Below are positions 21,171-33,940 of a stretch of 64,000 nucleotides of DNA, one piece after another. The position numbers were made by a program, and so were the translations under genes. The notes beneath the pieces were generated by a model, which was given only the letters and a program-made list of their open reading frames with translations, did no database searches and was not told the origin of the DNA. How positions within the stretch are numbered: the first letter of the stretch is position 1; every line of letters starts with the position of its first letter. This DNA is from Alphaproteobacteria bacterium. GTDB lineage: Bacteria; Pseudomonadota; Alphaproteobacteria; Bin95. The DNA lies in assembly GCA_965205265.1 (NCBI GenBank), contig CBDBGH010000003.1, positions 768,001-832,000 of the forward strand. The letters are read 5' to 3'.

Positions 21171-22568
21171 CTACCTGCCGGTGAGTATGCGTTCGAAAAG
21201 CTGCTTCACGGTCGGGATGAAGCCGTCCGCGTAGAAGGGGTCCAGCCGGAAGCGGTAGGCGTTGTGGCCGGAGAACATGAGCTGTTCCTCGACCGACCCG
21301 CCATGGCTGATCTGCTGCAGTGTCTTCTGGATGCAGAAGGACCGGGGGTCCGCCTTGCGGCCGGTGGTGCCGGCCTCGTTCTGCGACCAATTGCTGAACT
21401 GGCAGGCCGACAGGCAGCCCATGCACTCGATCTGGTCCGTCAGGATTTGCCGCCGGCGCTCCGGCGTCACGAACACCAGGGTCGAATCGGGCGTGCGCAT
21501 GGCTTCCGAATAGCCGGCTCCGATCCAGCCTTCGGCGCGTTGCCTGTCGTCGTCGGCGACATAGACGGGCCGGCCCCGCGGGCCGACCGGGAAGGCCACA
21601 TCGTGGCCGCCGACGGGTTCCGTAGAGAACGCGATCTGGTGTTCGGCCCGCTCCTGCAGCTCATCGAGGAAGGCGTTGCGCACTGCGGACGAGTAAAAGC
21701 CGGTCGGGCTGAACCGGTTGAGGAAAACATCGCCTTCCTTGAGCGTCAGCAACTTGCGCTTCCACTCTTCGGAGATCGGGCTTTCCTGCGTCAGCAGCGG
21801 CCGGGTGCCGAACTGGAACGCGACCGGCGCGATATCCGGGTCTTCGATCCAGTGGGACCACTCATCCAGCCACCAGACGCCTCCTGCCATGATGATCGGG
21901 ACGTGGGCAAGGCCGACTTCCGCCATCTGCTGGCGTAGCTGGACGACCCTGGGGCGGGGGTCTTCCGGCCGGTTCGGGTCCTCGACATTGGAAAGGCCGT
22001 TATGCCCGCCGGCGCGCCACGGGTCCTCATAGACGACGCCGCCAAGCAGGTTCGGAAACTTGCGGTAGGCGCGCTTCCAAAGGGCGCGAAAGGCGCGGGC
22101 GGAGGAAATGATCGGGTAGTAGTGGACGCCGAACCGCGCCGCGAGCTCCGCCAGCCGGTAGGGCATGCCCGCTCCGCAGGTGATGCCGTGGATCAGGCCC
22201 TTGGCGCCCTCCATCACGGCATTCAGCACGCGCTCCGCGCCGGCCATCTCCCAGAGCACGTTCATGTGTATGCGGCCCTGGCCGCCTGCGCTGTCATAGG
22301 CGATGCGGGCCTGGTGGATCGCGCCCCGGATTGCGTGCGCAAGCAGCTCTTCATGCCGCTCGCGCCGCGTCTTGCCGTAGTAGTTCTGGACGATGGCGGA
22401 ACCGTCTTCGCGGAAGCTGTCTGCGTTGACGCCGGAGAAGGTCCCGACGCCGCCGCAGGCGGCCCATGCGCCCGAGCTCTCCCCGTTCGAAATCGCAATG
22501 CCCTTGCCGCCCTCGATGAGCGGAAAGACCTCGCGGCCGGAGAAAACGACTGGGTGCACGACCGCCAT
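21171..22568 (-). CDS. Nitronate monooxygenase family FMN oxidoreductase
   Basis: PLIEGGKG, GITCGAGMP, YEDPWRAGGHNG, AFQFGTRP; lies directly downstream of pnp. Confidence 0.85.
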   Translation of the reverse strand: MAVVHPVVFSGREVFPLIEGGKGIAISNGESSGAWAACGGVGTFSGVNADSFREDGSAIVQNYYGKTRRERHEELLAHAIRGAIHQARIAYDSAGGQGRIHMNVLWEMAGAERVLNAVMEGAKGLIHGITCGAGMPYRLAELAARFGVHYYPIISSARAFRALWKRAYRKFPNLLGGVVYEDPWRAGGHNGLSNVEDPNRPEDPRPRVVQLRQQMAEVGLAHVPIIMAGGVWWLDEWSHWIEDPDIAPVAFQFGTRPLLTQESPISEEWKRKLLTLKEGDVFLNRFSPTGFYSSAVRNAFLDELQERAEHQIAFSTEPVGGHDVAFPVGPRGRPVYVADDDRQRAEGWIGAGYSEAMRTPDSTLVFVTPERRRQILTDQIECMGCLSACQFSNWSQNEAGTTGRKADPRSFCIQKTLQQISHGGSVEEQLMFSGHNAYRFRLDPFYADGFIPTVKQLFERILTGR

Positions 22569-22573
22569 CGGCG

Positions 22574-24688
22574 TCAGTCCGCTGCTGCCGTCAGGTCCGC
22601 CCCGGTCTCCTGGTCGACGGACTTCATGGAGAGGCTCACCTTGCCGCGGTCATCGACGCGCAGCACCTTGACCTTCACCTGGTCGCCCTGTTCCACGACA
22701 TCGCCGACGGTCTTGACCCGTTGCGGGGCCAGCTCGCTGATATGCACGAGCCCGTCGCGGCTGCCGAGGAAGTTCACGAAGGCTCCGAAATCGACGATCT
22801 TGACCACCTTGCCGGTATAGATGGCGCCCACTTCCGGCTCGGCGACGATGCCCTTGATCCACTCGATCGCGGCCTCGGAAGCCCTGGGGTCCACCGAGGA
22901 GACCTTGATCGTGCCATCGTCGTCGATGTCGATTTTGGCGCCGGTGGTATCCACGATCTCGCGGATGACCTTGCCGCCCGAGCCGATGACTTCGCGAATC
23001 TTGTCGCGGGGAATCGACATGGTGGTCATGCGGGGCGCGAAGTCGCTCACATCGTCGCGCGCCGTGTCGAGCGCCCTGGCCATCTCCCCGAGGATATGCA
23101 TCCGGCCCTTCTGCGCCTGCTCCAGCGCCGTGCTCATGATGTCTTCGGTGATCGAGGTGATCTTGATATCCATCTGGAGCGACGTCACGCCGACCTCGGT
23201 CCCAGCGACCTTGAAGTCCATGTCGCCCAGATGGTCCTCATCGCCGAGGATGTCCGAAAGCACGGCGAAGCGGTCGCCTTCCTTGATGAGGCCCATCGCA
23301 ATGCCGGCGACAGGGCGTTTCAGAGGAACGCCTGCATCCATCATCGATAGCGATGCGCCGCAGACCGACGCCATTGAGGACGAACCGTTCGACTCCGTGA
23401 TCTCCGAGACCACGCGAATGGTGTAGGGGAACTCGTCCTTCTTCGGCAGCAGGGGGCGGACGGCGCGCCATGCGAGCTTGCCGTGCCCGATTTCACGGCG
23501 GCCCGGCGCACGCAGAAACTTTGCCTCACCGGTAGAGTAGGGCGGGAAATTGTAGTGGAGCATGAAGTGCTCGCGGTATTCTCCGTCCAGCGCATCGACG
23601 ATCTGCTCGTCCTGCGACGTGCCGAGCGTGGAGACCACGATCGCCTGCGTTTCGCCGCGGGTGAACAGCGCGCTGCCGTGCTGGCGCGGCAGGATGCCGA
23701 CCTGGCAGTCGATAGGGCGCACCGTTTCCAGGTCGCGGTCATCGATTCGCTTGCTCGTGTCCAGAATGGCGCCCCGGACGATGTCGCGTTCGAGGTCCTT
23801 GAAGAACGGGGCTGCGACGGCCGGGTCCGTGCCGGCCTCTTCCAGCCTGGCGAGAGCGTCGGTCTTGGCGGCGGCGATGGCGGTCTGGCGCGCCTGCTTT
23901 TCCCGCAGGGCATAAGCCTCTTCCATGGCGGCGCGGCCGAGTTCATAGACCTTCGCCTTCGCTTCCTCGGTGCCCGGCTCCGGATCGGGAAGGTCCCAGG
24001 GCTCCTTGGCGCATTCCTCCGCCATGTCGATGATGGCGTCGATGACCGGCAGGAAACCCCGGTGGCCGAACATCACGGCCTCCAGCATTTTCTCCTCGGG
24101 AAGCTCCTGCGCTTCCGATTCCACCATCAGCACGCCCTGCGAAGTGCCGGCGACCACCAGATCCAGGACGGACGATTGCATCTGCTCGGTGGTGGGATTG
24201 AGAACGAACGCATCGTCGATCAGCCCGACCCGAGCGCCGGCAATCGGCCCGAGAAACGGAATCCCGGACAGCGTCAGCGCGGCCGAGGTCCCGACCATGG
24301 CAACGATATCGGGATCGTTCTCCAAGTCGTGGCTCATCACGGTGCAGATGATCTGGGTTTCGTTCCGGAAGCCCTTGGCGAAGAGCGGCCGGATCGGCCG
24401 GTCGATCAATCGCGAGGTCAGCGTTTCCTTTTCGCTCGGCCGCGCCTCGCGCTTGAAGAAACCGCCGGGAATCTTGCCGGCGGCATAGGTTTTTTCCTGG
24501 TAGTTGACGGTAAGCGGGAAGAAGTCGAGCCCGGCTCTGGGGCTCTTCTCCGCGACCACGGTGCACAGCACCGCCGTCTCTCCGAGGCTTGCCATGACGG
24601 CAGCGTCGGCCTGGCGCGCGATGCGGCCGGTCTCGAGGACCAGCGGGCGTCCGCCCCAGTCGATTTCCTTGCGGACGATATCGAACAT
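22574..24688 (-). CDS. pnp: Polyribonucleotide nucleotidyltransferase
   Basis: [36 protein letters not shown]; KH and S1 domains. Confidence 0.98.
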   Translation of the reverse strand: MFDIVRKEIDWGGRPLVLETGRIARQADAAVMASLGETAVLCTVVAEKSPRAGLDFFPLTVNYQEKTYAAGKIPGGFFKREARPSEKETLTSRLIDRPIRPLFAKGFRNETQIICTVMSHDLENDPDIVAMVGTSAALTLSGIPFLGPIAGARVGLIDDAFVLNPTTEQMQSSVLDLVVAGTSQGVLMVESEAQELPEEKMLEAVMFGHRGFLPVIDAIIDMAEECAKEPWDLPDPEPGTEEAKAKVYELGRAAMEEAYALREKQARQTAIAAAKTDALARLEEAGTDPAVAAPFFKDLERDIVRGAILDTSKRIDDRDLETVRPIDCQVGILPRQHGSALFTRGETQAIVVSTLGTSQDEQIVDALDGEYREHFMLHYNFPPYSTGEAKFLRAPGRREIGHGKLAWRAVRPLLPKKDEFPYTIRVVSEITESNGSSSMASVCGASLSMMDAGVPLKRPVAGIAMGLIKEGDRFAVLSDILGDEDHLGDMDFKVAGTEVGVTSLQMDIKITSITEDIMSTALEQAQKGRMHILGEMARALDTARDDVSDFAPRMTTMSIPRDKIREVIGSGGKVIREIVDTTGAKIDIDDDGTIKVSSVDPRASEAAIEWIKGIVAEPEVGAIYTGKVVKIVDFGAFVNFLGSRDGLVHISELAPQRVKTVGDVVEQGDQVKVKVLRVDDRGKVSLSMKSVDQETGADLTAAAD

Positions 24689-24779
24689 ATCGGATGCAGT
24701 CCTTTCCATGGCCGCGACCCGGACGGTGCGGCCCTTTGCATGTTTTCTTTCGGACGCCGGCCTTCCGGCGCCCCGGTCG

Positions 24780-25049
24780 TCAGCGGCGCAGGCCGAGGCG
24801 TTCGATCAGCGACCGATAGCGCCCATTGTCCTTCCTGCGCAGATAGTCGAGCAGGCCGCGGCGCTGGCCGACCATGACCAGCAGGCCGCGGCGCGAGTGG
24901 CGGTCTTTCTTGTGGGTCTGGAGGTGCTCGGTCAGGTTACGGATGCGTTCCGTCAGGATCGCCACCTGCACCTCCGGCGATCCCGTGTCGTCGTTGTTCG
25001 TGCGGAACTCCTGGATGAGTTCGGACTTTCTTGCAGCGGTAATCGACAT
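24780..25049 (-). CDS. rpsO: 30S ribosomal protein S15
   Basis: 89 aa; [10 protein letters not shown]...[16 protein letters not shown]. Confidence 0.98.
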   Translation of the reverse strand: MSITAARKSELIQEFRTNNDDTGSPEVQVAILTERIRNLTEHLQTHKKDRHSRRGLLVMVGQRRGLLDYLRRKDNGRYRSLIERLGLRR

Positions 25050-25071
25050 CTGTTGCTCTCGTTCCTTGCAG

Positions 25072-26001
25072 CTACGGATTGACAACTCGCACGGGCCGAA
25101 CCGTTCCGGACTCGTACCGGGCCACCGCGACCAGATCCCCGCCCATCCGGGCGCGAACCGTCATGCCGTCGTAGAACCCGGCGATCCGCGAAACATCGGC
25201 CGTGCCAAACAGCCGCAGCGCCTGTCCATTCCTGAGCGCAGCGGCCTCCTGCTCCGAAACGGACAGGGCCGGGATGTCGGCCAGCGACCTGTCCGTCGGC
25301 AGCAAGAATACACTCTCCGGGCCTATATGGGCCAGAGATTCCAATTCTTCCAGTGTAATGGCGTCCTCGACGCGAAACGGCCCGACGCGCAACCGCCGGA
25401 GAGCCGAGACATGTCCGACCGTGCCGAGCGCAGCGGCAAGGTCGCGCGCAATGGCGCGGACATAGACACCCTTGCCGGTTTCCGCCGCGAATTCCGTTCG
25501 GTCGTCGTCGAGCCGGCGCTCGAAGCGCAGTTCGATCACTTCGGCGGGGCGCGGGGGCAAGTCGGGCGCCTCATCGGCGCGGGCCAGGTTATAGGCCCGC
25601 TTTCCTCCGATCTTGACAGCGGAATATCGCGGCGGCACCTGCATGATCCGACCGGTGAAGGCCGGCAGGGCCTTGCGGATCGCGTCGTCGTCGGGGCGAA
25701 CCGCACTGGTTTCCGTCACGCTGCCGTCCGCATCGTCGGTATCGCGCGCCTCGCCCCAGCGCACAGTGAAACGATAGACCTTGCTGCCGTCCATGACCCA
25801 GGAGACCGTCTTGGTCGCCTGGCCGAGAGCGATGGGCAATACCCCCGTCGCAAGCGGGTCCAGCGCCCCGCCATGCCCGATCTTGGCGCCTCCGCTCAAT
25901 CGCTTGATCCGGTTGCAGACGGCGGTGGACGTCATCCCGGCGGGCTTGTCCACGACAATCCAGCCATTGAGGTCGGGTCGTTTCTGGCGCCTACGAGCCA
26001 T
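25072..26001 (-). CDS. truB: tRNA pseudouridine(55) synthase
   Basis: [35 protein letters not shown]. Confidence 0.96.
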   Translation of the reverse strand: MARRRQKRPDLNGWIVVDKPAGMTSTAVCNRIKRLSGGAKIGHGGALDPLATGVLPIALGQATKTVSWVMDGSKVYRFTVRWGEARDTDDADGSVTETSAVRPDDDAIRKALPAFTGRIMQVPPRYSAVKIGGKRAYNLARADEAPDLPPRPAEVIELRFERRLDDDRTEFAAETGKGVYVRAIARDLAAALGTVGHVSALRRLRVGPFRVEDAITLEELESLAHIGPESVFLLPTDRSLADIPALSVSEQEAAALRNGQALRLFGTADVSRIAGFYDGMTVRARMGGDLVAVARYESGTVRPVRVVNP

Positions 26002-26359
26002 GCTGGTTCCGCCGGATCAGCGCTTCGACCCGGTCCGCCTCATCGAAGCTGCGGTCGCGCTGAAACCGGAGCCGGGGTGTGAATTTGGCGTCGAGCATGC
26101 GGCCGAGTTCGCCCCGAATGCGCCCCGCGGCGCGGTTGAGCGCCGCGACCGTGTCGTCGGTATCGTCCCGGCCCATCATGGAGACGAACGCCGTCGCCTG
26201 TTTCAGGTCGGGCGACATGACAACCTCCGACAGGGTCACCATGTCCAGCGCCTGCAGATCCGGGTCGCGAAAGGTCGCACGGGCGAGGATGCCGGCCATC
26301 GCATGACGGACCGTCTCGCCCATGCGAAGCCGCCTCGGCCCGTTCCGGTCCGGCTTCAT
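25991..26359 (-). CDS. rbfA: Ribosome-binding factor A
   Basis: [30 protein letters not shown]; between infB and truB. Confidence 0.93.
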   Translation of the reverse strand: MKPDRNGPRRLRMGETVRHAMAGILARATFRDPDLQALDMVTLSEVVMSPDLKQATAFVSMMGRDDTDDTVAALNRAAGRIRGELGRMLDAKFTPRLRFQRDRSFDEADRVEALIRRNQHGS

Positions 26360-28992
26360 GGCAGCGTGCGCTGCACTTCCTCGGTTTCGAAGCATTCGAT
26401 GACGTCGCCTACCTGAATGTCCTGATAGGACTCGAACGACATGCCGCACTCGAAACCTTCGCGGACCTCCCGCTGCTCTTCCTTGAACCGCTTCAGGGTC
26501 GCGAGTTTGCCCTCGTGGATGACGATATTGTCGCGCAGGAGCCGCACGCCGGCGCCGCGCCGGACCACGCCCTCGATAACCCGGCAACCGGCCACCTTGC
26601 CCACGCGGGTGATGTTGAAGACTTCCCGGATATCCGCCTGGCCGATCTGGCGTTCGCGCAATTCCGGCGCCAGCTTGCCGGCCATCGCTTCCCGGATGTC
26701 GTCGATCAACTCGTAGATGATCGAGTAGTAGCGGATATCGACGCCATTCTGCTGCGCCGCCAAACGGGCCGGGCTCCCGGCGCGGACATTGAAGCCGATG
26801 ATGAAGCCGCCGGAGGCGTGCGCGAGCGTGACATCGCTCTCCGAGATTCCGCCCACGCCGCTATGCAGAACATCGACCTGCACCTCGTCGCTGCCGAGCT
26901 TCGCAAGCGCGCCGACAATCGCCTCGACCGACCCTTGCACATCCGCCTTCACGACCAGCGGCACCTTCTCGGTCTTACCGGCGGCGAGGCTCTTGAAGAT
27001 GTCGTCTATCGAACCGCGCTTGACCGGCGCCGCCTGCGCCTCCCGGTCGCGCCGCGCCCGGTATTCGGTGACCTCGCGCGCGCGCCCTTCATTGTCCACG
27101 ACGACGACCTCATCGCCGGCAACGGGCGGACCGGACAGGCCCAGCACTTCGACCGGCACCGAGGGACCGGCCGACTTCACCCTGCCGATCCGGTCATCGA
27201 CCATAGCGCGGACCTTGCCCCATTCCGCTCCGGCAACGACGATGTCGCCTATCTTGAGCGTTCCGTTCTGGACCAGGACGGTTGCGACCGCGCCGCGGCC
27301 CTTGTCCAGTTGCGCCTCGACAACAATGCCGCTCGCCCGGCGGTCCGGATTGGCCTGGAGCTCCATGAGGTCGGCCTGAAGCAAAACGGCTTCTTCGAGC
27401 GTGTCGAGGCCGGTCTTCTGCGTTGCCGACACTTCGATCATCTGCACGTCGCCGCCGAACTCCTCCGCAACGAGTTCGTGCTGCAGAAGGTCGTTTCGGA
27501 CCCGTTGCGGGTCGGATTCCGGACGGTCCACCTTGTTTATAGCGACGATGATCGGGGCCTCCGCCGCCCTTGCATGCGCAATCGCTTCGACCGTTTGCGG
27601 CTGGACGCTGTCATCGGCAGCGACCACCAGGATCACGATATCGGTAGCGCGGGAGCCGCGCGCGCGCATCGCGGAGAAGGCTTCGTGGCCGGGGGTGTCG
27701 AGGAAGGTGATGTCGGCGCCGGACGGGGTTCGTACCCGGTATGCGCCGATATGCTGGGTGATGCCCCCGGCCTCGCCGCTGACCACATCCGTCTGCCGCA
27801 GCGCGTCGAGAAGCGAAGTCTTGCCGTGATCGACATGACCCATCACGGTCACGACCGGCGCACGGGGCCTGAGGTCGGCTTCTTCGTCCAGGGGACCCGA
27901 GAGTCCTTCCTCGACGTCGCTTTCCGCGACACGCACAACGCGGTGCCCGAACTCCTCCACCACGAGTTCGGCCGTGTCGGCATCGATTGTCTGGGACGGC
28001 ATGGCCCGGATGCCGTTCTGCATCAGGACGCGAATCACATCGACCGCGCGCGTGGCCATCCGGTTTGCGAGTTCGCTGATGAGGATGGTCTCGGGCACGA
28101 TGACTTCGCGCTGGATGAACTGCTGCCCTTCACCCGACGCCTGGCGCTGGCGCTCGCGCTCGCGAGCCCGGCGCACGGACGCCAGCGAGCGCTGCCGTTC
28201 CTGCTCCACTTCCTCGTCGAGCGCCTGGACGATGGTGAGTTTGCCGGCGCGCCGACGGGGCTCCGTCCGGCGCGGTTGCGCGGCGGGCCTTTTGTCGCTG
28301 CGCCGCCGCCCGCCGCGGTCTTCTTCGTCTCGTCCTGCGGCGCGCCGACCGCCCGGAAGCTCGACGGGCGGAGCCGGAGCATCGGAGGGCCGGGCCGGCG
28401 CCCGCCCGGCCGGACGCGCCCGACGGGTCCCCGCGTCAGCGGGGCGGCGGGCGGAAGCGCCGCCGGCCGGCCGCTCGCCGCGCGCGGACTCTACCCGGCG
28501 CACCGCGTCGCGGCGGGCCTCGTCGGCAGCCCGTTTCTTCTCTTCCTCTTCCTGGCGCCTTGCGTCGATTTCGTCCTGCTTGCGCTGCTCTTCCGCGTTG
28601 GCGGCCTTGAGTTCGGCCAGTTCGCGCGCCCGCTGTTCGGCCTGGATTTCTTCCGGGCTCTGCGGCGTCGGAGGAGGAGCGGGCGGAGGCGCCTCGGGCG
28701 CCGCCTCGGCCGCCGGGGCAGGAGCGGAAGGCGCCTTCGGCCGGGATTGCAGCGCCCTGGCCCGCGCTGCGCGTTCTTCGGTGCTGAGTCCGCCGGCTGC
28801 CTGCTGGGCCTGCTTGCCCGGCTTTTCGGTGATGATCGTGCGTTTGCGCTTGACCTCCACCGTCACCTGCTTCGACCGGCCGTGGGAAAAGCTCTGGCGA
28901 ACCTTTCCGGCGCCCACCGTCTTCTTCAACTCCAGCTTACCCGGGCGGGACAGGCTGAGCTTGCCGCTGTCGCGTTCGCCGCTTTCGGTCAT
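26356..28992 (-). CDS. infB: Translation initiation factor IF-2
   Basis: [20 protein letters not shown]; N-terminal VRQSFSHGR. Confidence 0.98.
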   Translation of the reverse strand: MTESGERDSGKLSLSRPGKLELKKTVGAGKVRQSFSHGRSKQVTVEVKRKRTIITEKPGKQAQQAAGGLSTEERAARARALQSRPKAPSAPAPAAEAAPEAPPPAPPPTPQSPEEIQAEQRARELAELKAANAEEQRKQDEIDARRQEEEEKKRAADEARRDAVRRVESARGERPAGGASARRPADAGTRRARPAGRAPARPSDAPAPPVELPGGRRAAGRDEEDRGGRRRSDKRPAAQPRRTEPRRRAGKLTIVQALDEEVEQERQRSLASVRRARERERQRQASGEGQQFIQREVIVPETILISELANRMATRAVDVIRVLMQNGIRAMPSQTIDADTAELVVEEFGHRVVRVAESDVEEGLSGPLDEEADLRPRAPVVTVMGHVDHGKTSLLDALRQTDVVSGEAGGITQHIGAYRVRTPSGADITFLDTPGHEAFSAMRARGSRATDIVILVVAADDSVQPQTVEAIAHARAAEAPIIVAINKVDRPESDPQRVRNDLLQHELVAEEFGGDVQMIEVSATQKTGLDTLEEAVLLQADLMELQANPDRRASGIVVEAQLDKGRGAVATVLVQNGTLKIGDIVVAGAEWGKVRAMVDDRIGRVKSAGPSVPVEVLGLSGPPVAGDEVVVVDNEGRAREVTEYRARRDREAQAAPVKRGSIDDIFKSLAAGKTEKVPLVVKADVQGSVEAIVGALAKLGSDEVQVDVLHSGVGGISESDVTLAHASGGFIIGFNVRAGSPARLAAQQNGVDIRYYSIIYELIDDIREAMAGKLAPELRERQIGQADIREVFNITRVGKVAGCRVIEGVVRRGAGVRLLRDNIVIHEGKLATLKRFKEEQREVREGFECGMSFESYQDIQVGDVIECFETEEVQRTLP

Positions 28993-29597
28993 CCTTGTCT
29001 CCCGTCCGCCGCTCCGTTGCGGAAGCCGGCCAGCCGGCCGGCTTCGAGCATGAAGCGCTCCGTCAGCCGACCCGGACCTAGCACCGCATGGACCGTAAAG
29101 TCACGCCCAATTGCCGCGCCCATCTCGGCGGCCGTCAAAACCGACACGACAGGCAGGCCCCGCGCCAGGCCGGCCAGCGCCCGTCTTCCGTTCTCTGCGC
29201 CGTCCAGAGCCTCGACCAGAACGGCGCCGCGGCCCTCCCGAAGCCAGTCGCATGCGCCTTCATAGCCGGCGGCAAGCAAACCCGAGCGGCGCGCCAGCCC
29301 GAGCAGGCTGCAGCAACGCCTCGCAAGGCCGGCCTCGACACGCGCTTCCAGATCGCCGGGCACGGAGAGCGGCCGCCTTGCGGCGCGCTGGAATGCCCGC
29401 CCGCACCGGGCCGCTTCAAGGCTCTTCGGATCGGCTCCGACCCAATAGCCGCGTCCCGGCAGTTTCTCCTCGAGGTCGGGCGCCAGCCCGCCGTCGGGTC
29501 CGATTACGAACCGGATCAGCTCCCGGCGCGGCCGGCTCTGCCGTGTCGCGACGCATCGGCGCATGCCGCCGTCGTCCTGTGTTGCCGCCCCGGACAC
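28989..29597 (-). CDS. YlxR (DUF448)/L7Ae-like RNA-binding protein
   Basis: RRCVATR...LIRFV..PD...LPGRG; LLGLARRSG; between nusA and infB. Confidence 0.88.
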   Translation of the reverse strand: MSGAATQDDGGMRRCVATRQSRPRRELIRFVIGPDGGLAPDLEEKLPGRGYWVGADPKSLEAARCGRAFQRAARRPLSVPGDLEARVEAGLARRCCSLLGLARRSGLLAAGYEGACDWLREGRGAVLVEALDGAENGRRALAGLARGLPVVSVLTAAEMGAAIGRDFTVHAVLGPGRLTERFMLEAGRLAGFRNGAADGRQG

Positions 29598-29613
29598 GCT
29601 TCCGCCTGCCTCC

Positions 29614-31227
29614 TCACGACCGGTCTTCGGCCGGCTCTTCGCCAGCCGGTTCGTCGTCGAACCAATGGGCGCGCGCCGCCATAATCATGGCGTCCGCCGT
29701 TTCGACATCGAGGGTGCTGGCCGAAAGGCCGGCTTCGAGCGTCTCCTCGTCAAGGGCCGCGATTGCATCGAGGTCGCGGCCTTCGTGCTGCGGGCTTGCG
29801 ATAAAGCGCAGCTCGTCGCTCGAGAGGTCGGCGAAATCGTCCAGCGTCAGCACACCGGCATGCCCCAGCGCCACAACGATATGGCCGTTGAGCCCGTCGA
29901 ACTCCGCGAGTTCGTCTGCAACGCCAAGCTCGATGCGTTCGGCATCGAGCCGCGCGGCCTGCTGTTCGAGGAAATCCTGCGCGCGGCGCTGCAATTCCTC
30001 CGCGATGTCCTCCTCGAAGCCCTCGATCTCCATCAGGTCCTCGATGCCGACATAGGCCACTTCCTCAAGGGTCGTGAAGCCTTCGTTGACCAGCAGTTGC
30101 GCAATGACCTCATCGACATCGAGCGCGTCGATGAACAGCGCCGAACGCTGCCGCATCTCCTCCTGCCGGCGCTCCGACTCCTCGGCCTCGGTGAGAATGT
30201 CTATGGACCAGCCGGTAAGCTGGCTTGCGAGGCGGACATTCTGGCCGCGCCGGCCGATCGCCTGGCTCAACTGGTCGTCCGGCACGACGACCTCGATGCG
30301 CCCGTCCTCCTCGTCGAGCACGACCTTCACCACCTCCGCCGGAGCGAGCGCATTGACGATGAATGTCGCCGGGTCCTCGGACCAGGGGATGATGTCGATC
30401 TTCTCGCCGTGCAGTTCGCTCACCACCGCCTGGACGCGGCTGCCGCGCATGCCGACGCAAGCGCCCACGGGGTCGATGCCCGGGTCGTTGGAGATCACCG
30501 CGATCTTGGCGCGGCTGCCGGGGTCGCGGGCCACGGCGCGAATTTCGATGATGCCGTCGTAGATTTCCGGCACCTCCTGGGCGAACAGCCGCACCAGGAA
30601 CTCGTTGCGCGTGCGGGAGAGGAAGATCTGCGGGCCGCGGGTCTCTTCGCGCACCTCGTGGATCAGGGCGCGGACACGCTCATTGCGGCGCGGATGTTCG
30701 CGCGGAATGATTTCGTCCCTGCGGAGAACCGCTTCGGCCTGGCCCAGATCGACGACCACATGGCCGAACTCATTGCGCTTGACCAGACCGTTGACGATTT
30801 CTCCCACCCGTCCGACGAACTCCCGGTACTGGCGGGCGCGCTCGGCCTCGCGCACCTTCTGCACGATGACCTGCTTGGCGGACTGGGCGGCGACGCGCCC
30901 GAAATCGATGGGCGGCAGGTCGTCGATCAGCATGTCGCCCACCTTCGCGGAGGCGTTGTAGCGTTGCGCGTGGCTCAGCTTCAGTTGTGCGAATTCGTCC
31001 TCGATCTCCGCGTCTTCCTCGACCACCTCGCGGTAGCGCGCCAGCCGTATTTCCCCGGTCTTCCTGTCTATCGAGGCGCGAATGTCGTGCTCCAGGCCGT
31101 ATTTGGACCGGCCCGCCCGCTGGATCGCCTGCTCCACGGCAACGATGACCTCGTCGCGGTCGATGCCTTTTTCACGCGCCGCGCTGTCCGCGATTTGCAG
31201 CAGTTCGGGGCCGAGAATGTTCACCAT
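29614..31227 (-). CDS. nusA: Transcription termination factor NusA
   Basis: [52 protein letters not shown]. Confidence 0.98.
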   Translation of the reverse strand: MVNILGPELLQIADSAAREKGIDRDEVIVAVEQAIQRAGRSKYGLEHDIRASIDRKTGEIRLARYREVVEEDAEIEDEFAQLKLSHAQRYNASAKVGDMLIDDLPPIDFGRVAAQSAKQVIVQKVREAERARQYREFVGRVGEIVNGLVKRNEFGHVVVDLGQAEAVLRRDEIIPREHPRRNERVRALIHEVREETRGPQIFLSRTRNEFLVRLFAQEVPEIYDGIIEIRAVARDPGSRAKIAVISNDPGIDPVGACVGMRGSRVQAVVSELHGEKIDIIPWSEDPATFIVNALAPAEVVKVVLDEEDGRIEVVVPDDQLSQAIGRRGQNVRLASQLTGWSIDILTEAEESERRQEEMRQRSALFIDALDVDEVIAQLLVNEGFTTLEEVAYVGIEDLMEIEGFEEDIAEELQRRAQDFLEQQAARLDAERIELGVADELAEFDGLNGHIVVALGHAGVLTLDDFADLSSDELRFIASPQHEGRDLDAIAALDEETLEAGLSASTLDVETADAMIMAARAHWFDDEPAGEEPAEDRS

Positions 31228-31248
31228 GGCGGGGTCGCCCTCGCTTTC

Positions 31249-31755
31249 CTAGATTGCGCCTTCGGCCGCGGCCGCAAGCAGCGCGTCGGTCATCAGCAGT
31301 TTCGCCGACTTGACGGCGGCCAGCGGCAGCGATGCCTCGCCTGTATCGGTCTGCAGCCGAAGCGTTGCCCCGTTCAGGCCTTCCAGCCGGCCGCGGAACC
31401 GGCGCTGGCCGGCAACGCCGTCTTCGAGCTCCACCCGCGCTTCGAACCCGGCGAACCGCTCGAAATCTCCGGGCCGCGTGAGCGGCCTGTCGATACCCGG
31501 GGAGCTCACTTCCAGCGAATAGGCCTGCGGGATCGGGTCCTCGATATCGAGCAGGGCCGAAAGCGTTCGGCTCGCCTCGGCGCAATGGTCCACGGTCATG
31601 CCTGCCCGGTCCTGCCGCTCAACCATGATTTGCAGCACCGGCGTACTGCCTCCGAAACGGACGCGCACGAGGTCGTAGCCCAGCCCCTCCAGGGCAGGCG
31701 CCACAAGATCCGCCACGCGTTGCGCGGGGGCGTTGTCGGCAATCGTTACGGCCGT
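31249..31755 (-). CDS. rimP: Ribosome maturation factor RimP (start codon uncertain)
   Basis: LDIEDPIPQAYSLEVSSPGIDRPL; possible starts are ACG 31755, ATT 31743 or GTG 31716. Confidence 0.92.
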   Translation of the reverse strand, partial: TAVTIADNAPAQRVADLVAPALEGLGYDLVRVRFGGSTPVLQIMVERQDRAGMTVDHCAEASRTLSALLDIEDPIPQAYSLEVSSPGIDRPLTRPGDFERFAGFEARVELEDGVAGQRRFRGRLEGLNGATLRLQTDTGEASLPLAAVKSAKLLMTDALLAAAAEGAI

Positions 31756-31770
31756 CGGTCTTCTCCCAAC

Positions 31771-31804
31771 GAAAAAAGGCGGCCCGAAGCCCCCAAACCC
31801 GCTT
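31771..31804 (-). terminator. Intrinsic terminator/attenuator in the rimP leader
   Basis: Minus strand GCGGGTTTG-GGGGCTT-CGGGCCGC stem followed by a T6 run, just upstream of the rimP SD. Confidence 0.6.
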
Positions 31805-31866
31805 CCCACTGTCAAGAATGAGCAGCCCGCATCCACGACAAGCAGGCAAGCGCGCGGAATATAGCC

Positions 31867-32568
31867 TCAGACAACCGGATTCGCAACGCCATGGCGGCGG
31901 ATGAAACGCAGATAGGTCGATTTGACGCCTGCCATGCGGGCCTTGGCTTCGTAGCGCGTTTCCGGCCAGTCTGCCGGGCGTTGCCGCCAGTCGTCGGCGG
32001 ATGCCGCGGTCCAGGCGAATGCGGGGTGCGCGGTCAGCCGCTCCAGCATCCAGTCGAGGTAGTCGCCATGGTCCGTTGCCACGCGAAGCTCCGCACCTTC
32101 CCGCATGGTGCGCGCGAGCCGGTCCAGCATCGGGCGCGCGACGATCCGCCGATGGCGGTGCCGCACCTTCGGCCAAGGGTCGGGAAACAGGACGAACGCC
32201 CTGCCCAGCGCATTTCCGGGCAGCCGGTCCAGCACCGAAACCGCGTCGTCGCAGTGAATGCGGAGATTGGCGAGGCCTTCCGCATCCGCCCGTGCGGCCA
32301 GGCTCGCCACCCCGTTCATGTAGGGTTCGGCGCCGATGAACCCGATATGCGGATGGCGCGCGGCCTGCCATGCGAGATGTTCGCCGGCTCCGAAGCCGAT
32401 TTCGAGCCACAGGTCGTCTATGTCGAAACCGAACAGCGCCGCCGGGTCGAGCGGCCCGTCGGGAAGGCGCAGGGCCGGCAGGACCGTTTCCAGCGCCCGC
32501 CTGCGCCCGGGATTGAGAGGCCGGCCCCGCCGCCGGCCGTAAAACCGGTAGTCGGTCGGTTCGGTCAA
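31867..32568 (-). CDS. trmB: tRNA (guanine-N7)-methyltransferase
   Basis: [31 protein letters not shown]; TTG start overlaps the metK stop. Confidence 0.95.
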   Translation of the reverse strand: MTEPTDYRFYGRRRGRPLNPGRRRALETVLPALRLPDGPLDPAALFGFDIDDLWLEIGFGAGEHLAWQAARHPHIGFIGAEPYMNGVASLAARADAEGLANLRIHCDDAVSVLDRLPGNALGRAFVLFPDPWPKVRHRHRRIVARPMLDRLARTMREGAELRVATDHGDYLDWMLERLTAHPAFAWTAASADDWRQRPADWPETRYEAKARMAGVKSTYLRFIRRHGVANPVV

Positions 32569-33755
32569 GTAAGCGCGGCCTGCAGGTCCTTTGCGAGATC
32601 GGTCCGTTCCCAGGAGAAACCGCCGTCGCTGTCCGGCTCGCGGCCGAAATGGCCGTAGGAGCTGGTGCGCTTGTATATCGGACGGTTGAGCCCGAGCCGC
32701 ATGCGGATGCCTCTCGGGCTGAGATCGACCGCTTCGCGCACCGCATCGGCCAGCGTCTCGTCCGAAACCCGGCCCGTGCCCTGCGTGTTGAGCAGCACGG
32801 AGACGGGATTTGCGACGCCGATGGCATAGGCCACCTGCACGACGCATTTGTCGGCGAGTCCCGCCGCGACGACATTCTTGGCGACATAGCGCGCCGCATA
32901 GGCGGCGGAGCGGTCCACCTTGCTCGGGTCCTTGCCGGAAAACGCGCCGCCGCCGTGCGGTGCTGCGCCGCCATAGGTATCGACGATGATCTTGCGCCCC
33001 GTGAGGCCCGCATCGCCGTCCGGTCCGCCGATCACGAAGCGGCCCGTCGGGTTCACATGGAAGTCTTCCTCCGGGCACATCCAGCCTTCGGGCAGGACCT
33101 GCTCGACGAAGGGGCGGACCAGCTCCTTCACCCGGCGCTGGTCCAGACCGGGGCTGTGCTGGGTGGAAACGACTACCGAAGTCGCGCGCACGGGCCGTCC
33201 GTTCTCGTAGAGCAGCGTTACCTGGCTCTTGTTGTCCGGGCCGAGGTCGTCGCCGAACGCGCCCCGGTGCCGGGCCTCGGCCATCCTGCGCAGGATTTCA
33301 TGGCTGTACTGGATGGCGGCGGGCATCAACTCCGGGGTTTCCCGGCAGGCGTAGCCGAACATCAACCCCTGGTCGCCCGCGCCTTCGTCCTTGTTGGCGC
33401 CTGCCCCCGTCGAGCCATCGACGCCCATGGCGATGTCGCCGGACTGCTGGTGGACCACGCAAAGCACGGTGCTGTCGCGCCAGTGGAAGGTGGGCTGCTC
33501 GTAGCCGATTTCGCGCACCGCCTCGCGGGCGAGTTCGCTCATTCGCTCCCGAGTGATGGTGGAAGGACCCCGGACTTCCCCGCCGATGACGATCAGATTG
33601 GTCGTCACCATGGTCTCGACGCCGCAGCGGTTCAGTTCCGGTCGGTCCTCGGCCATGAAGGCATCCACGATCGAATCCGAAATCCGGTCGCAAATCTTGT
33701 CCGGATGGCCTTCGGACACCGACTCGCTGGTGAATTGGTAATTGCCTTCGAGCAC
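32565..33755 (-). CDS. metK: S-adenosylmethionine synthetase
   Basis: [28 protein letters not shown]. Confidence 0.98.
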   Translation of the reverse strand: MLEGNYQFTSESVSEGHPDKICDRISDSIVDAFMAEDRPELNRCGVETMVTTNLIVIGGEVRGPSTITRERMSELAREAVREIGYEQPTFHWRDSTVLCVVHQQSGDIAMGVDGSTGAGANKDEGAGDQGLMFGYACRETPELMPAAIQYSHEILRRMAEARHRGAFGDDLGPDNKSQVTLLYENGRPVRATSVVVSTQHSPGLDQRRVKELVRPFVEQVLPEGWMCPEEDFHVNPTGRFVIGGPDGDAGLTGRKIIVDTYGGAAPHGGGAFSGKDPSKVDRSAAYAARYVAKNVVAAGLADKCVVQVAYAIGVANPVSVLLNTQGTGRVSDETLADAVREAVDLSPRGIRMRLGLNRPIYKRTSSYGHFGREPDSDGGFSWERTDLAKDLQAALT

Positions 33756-33901
33756 GGGGCGGACGCTCCCTCAATATGGCATGGCACAGGCCCGCCGGAC
33801 GATGCGGGTCGATGACCCGTTGTCGCAAGCCGGGGCCGGGAGGGTCAAGTGTGTTGGCGTCGCATATGCGGGGCGGCCGCTATCGGGGGAGCATCGCCAT
33901 T

Positions 33902-33940
33902 TTGCACTTGATTATATACCTATATATTCTGTTCATGTTC
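33902..33940 (+). promoter_or_regulatory. Putative sigma70 promoter overlapping a LexA-like box
   Basis: TTGCAC-N17-TATTCT; ATTC-N7-GTTC at 33926-33940, one mismatch to the alphaproteobacterial GTTC-N7-GTTC SOS box. Confidence 0.45.

Noticed and set aside
26515-29265. 916-aa plus-strand ORF, and similar long antisense ORFs at 6655-8904, 12322-14718, 29563-31821, 38986-41319, 51534-54545 and 56290-58347
   Set aside because: Antisense shadows of well-supported genes, expected from high-GC codon bias.
33756-33900. SAM-II or SAM-SAH riboswitch upstream of metK
   Set aside because: I could not match the conserved cores by eye; an Infernal scan would be needed to exclude it fully.
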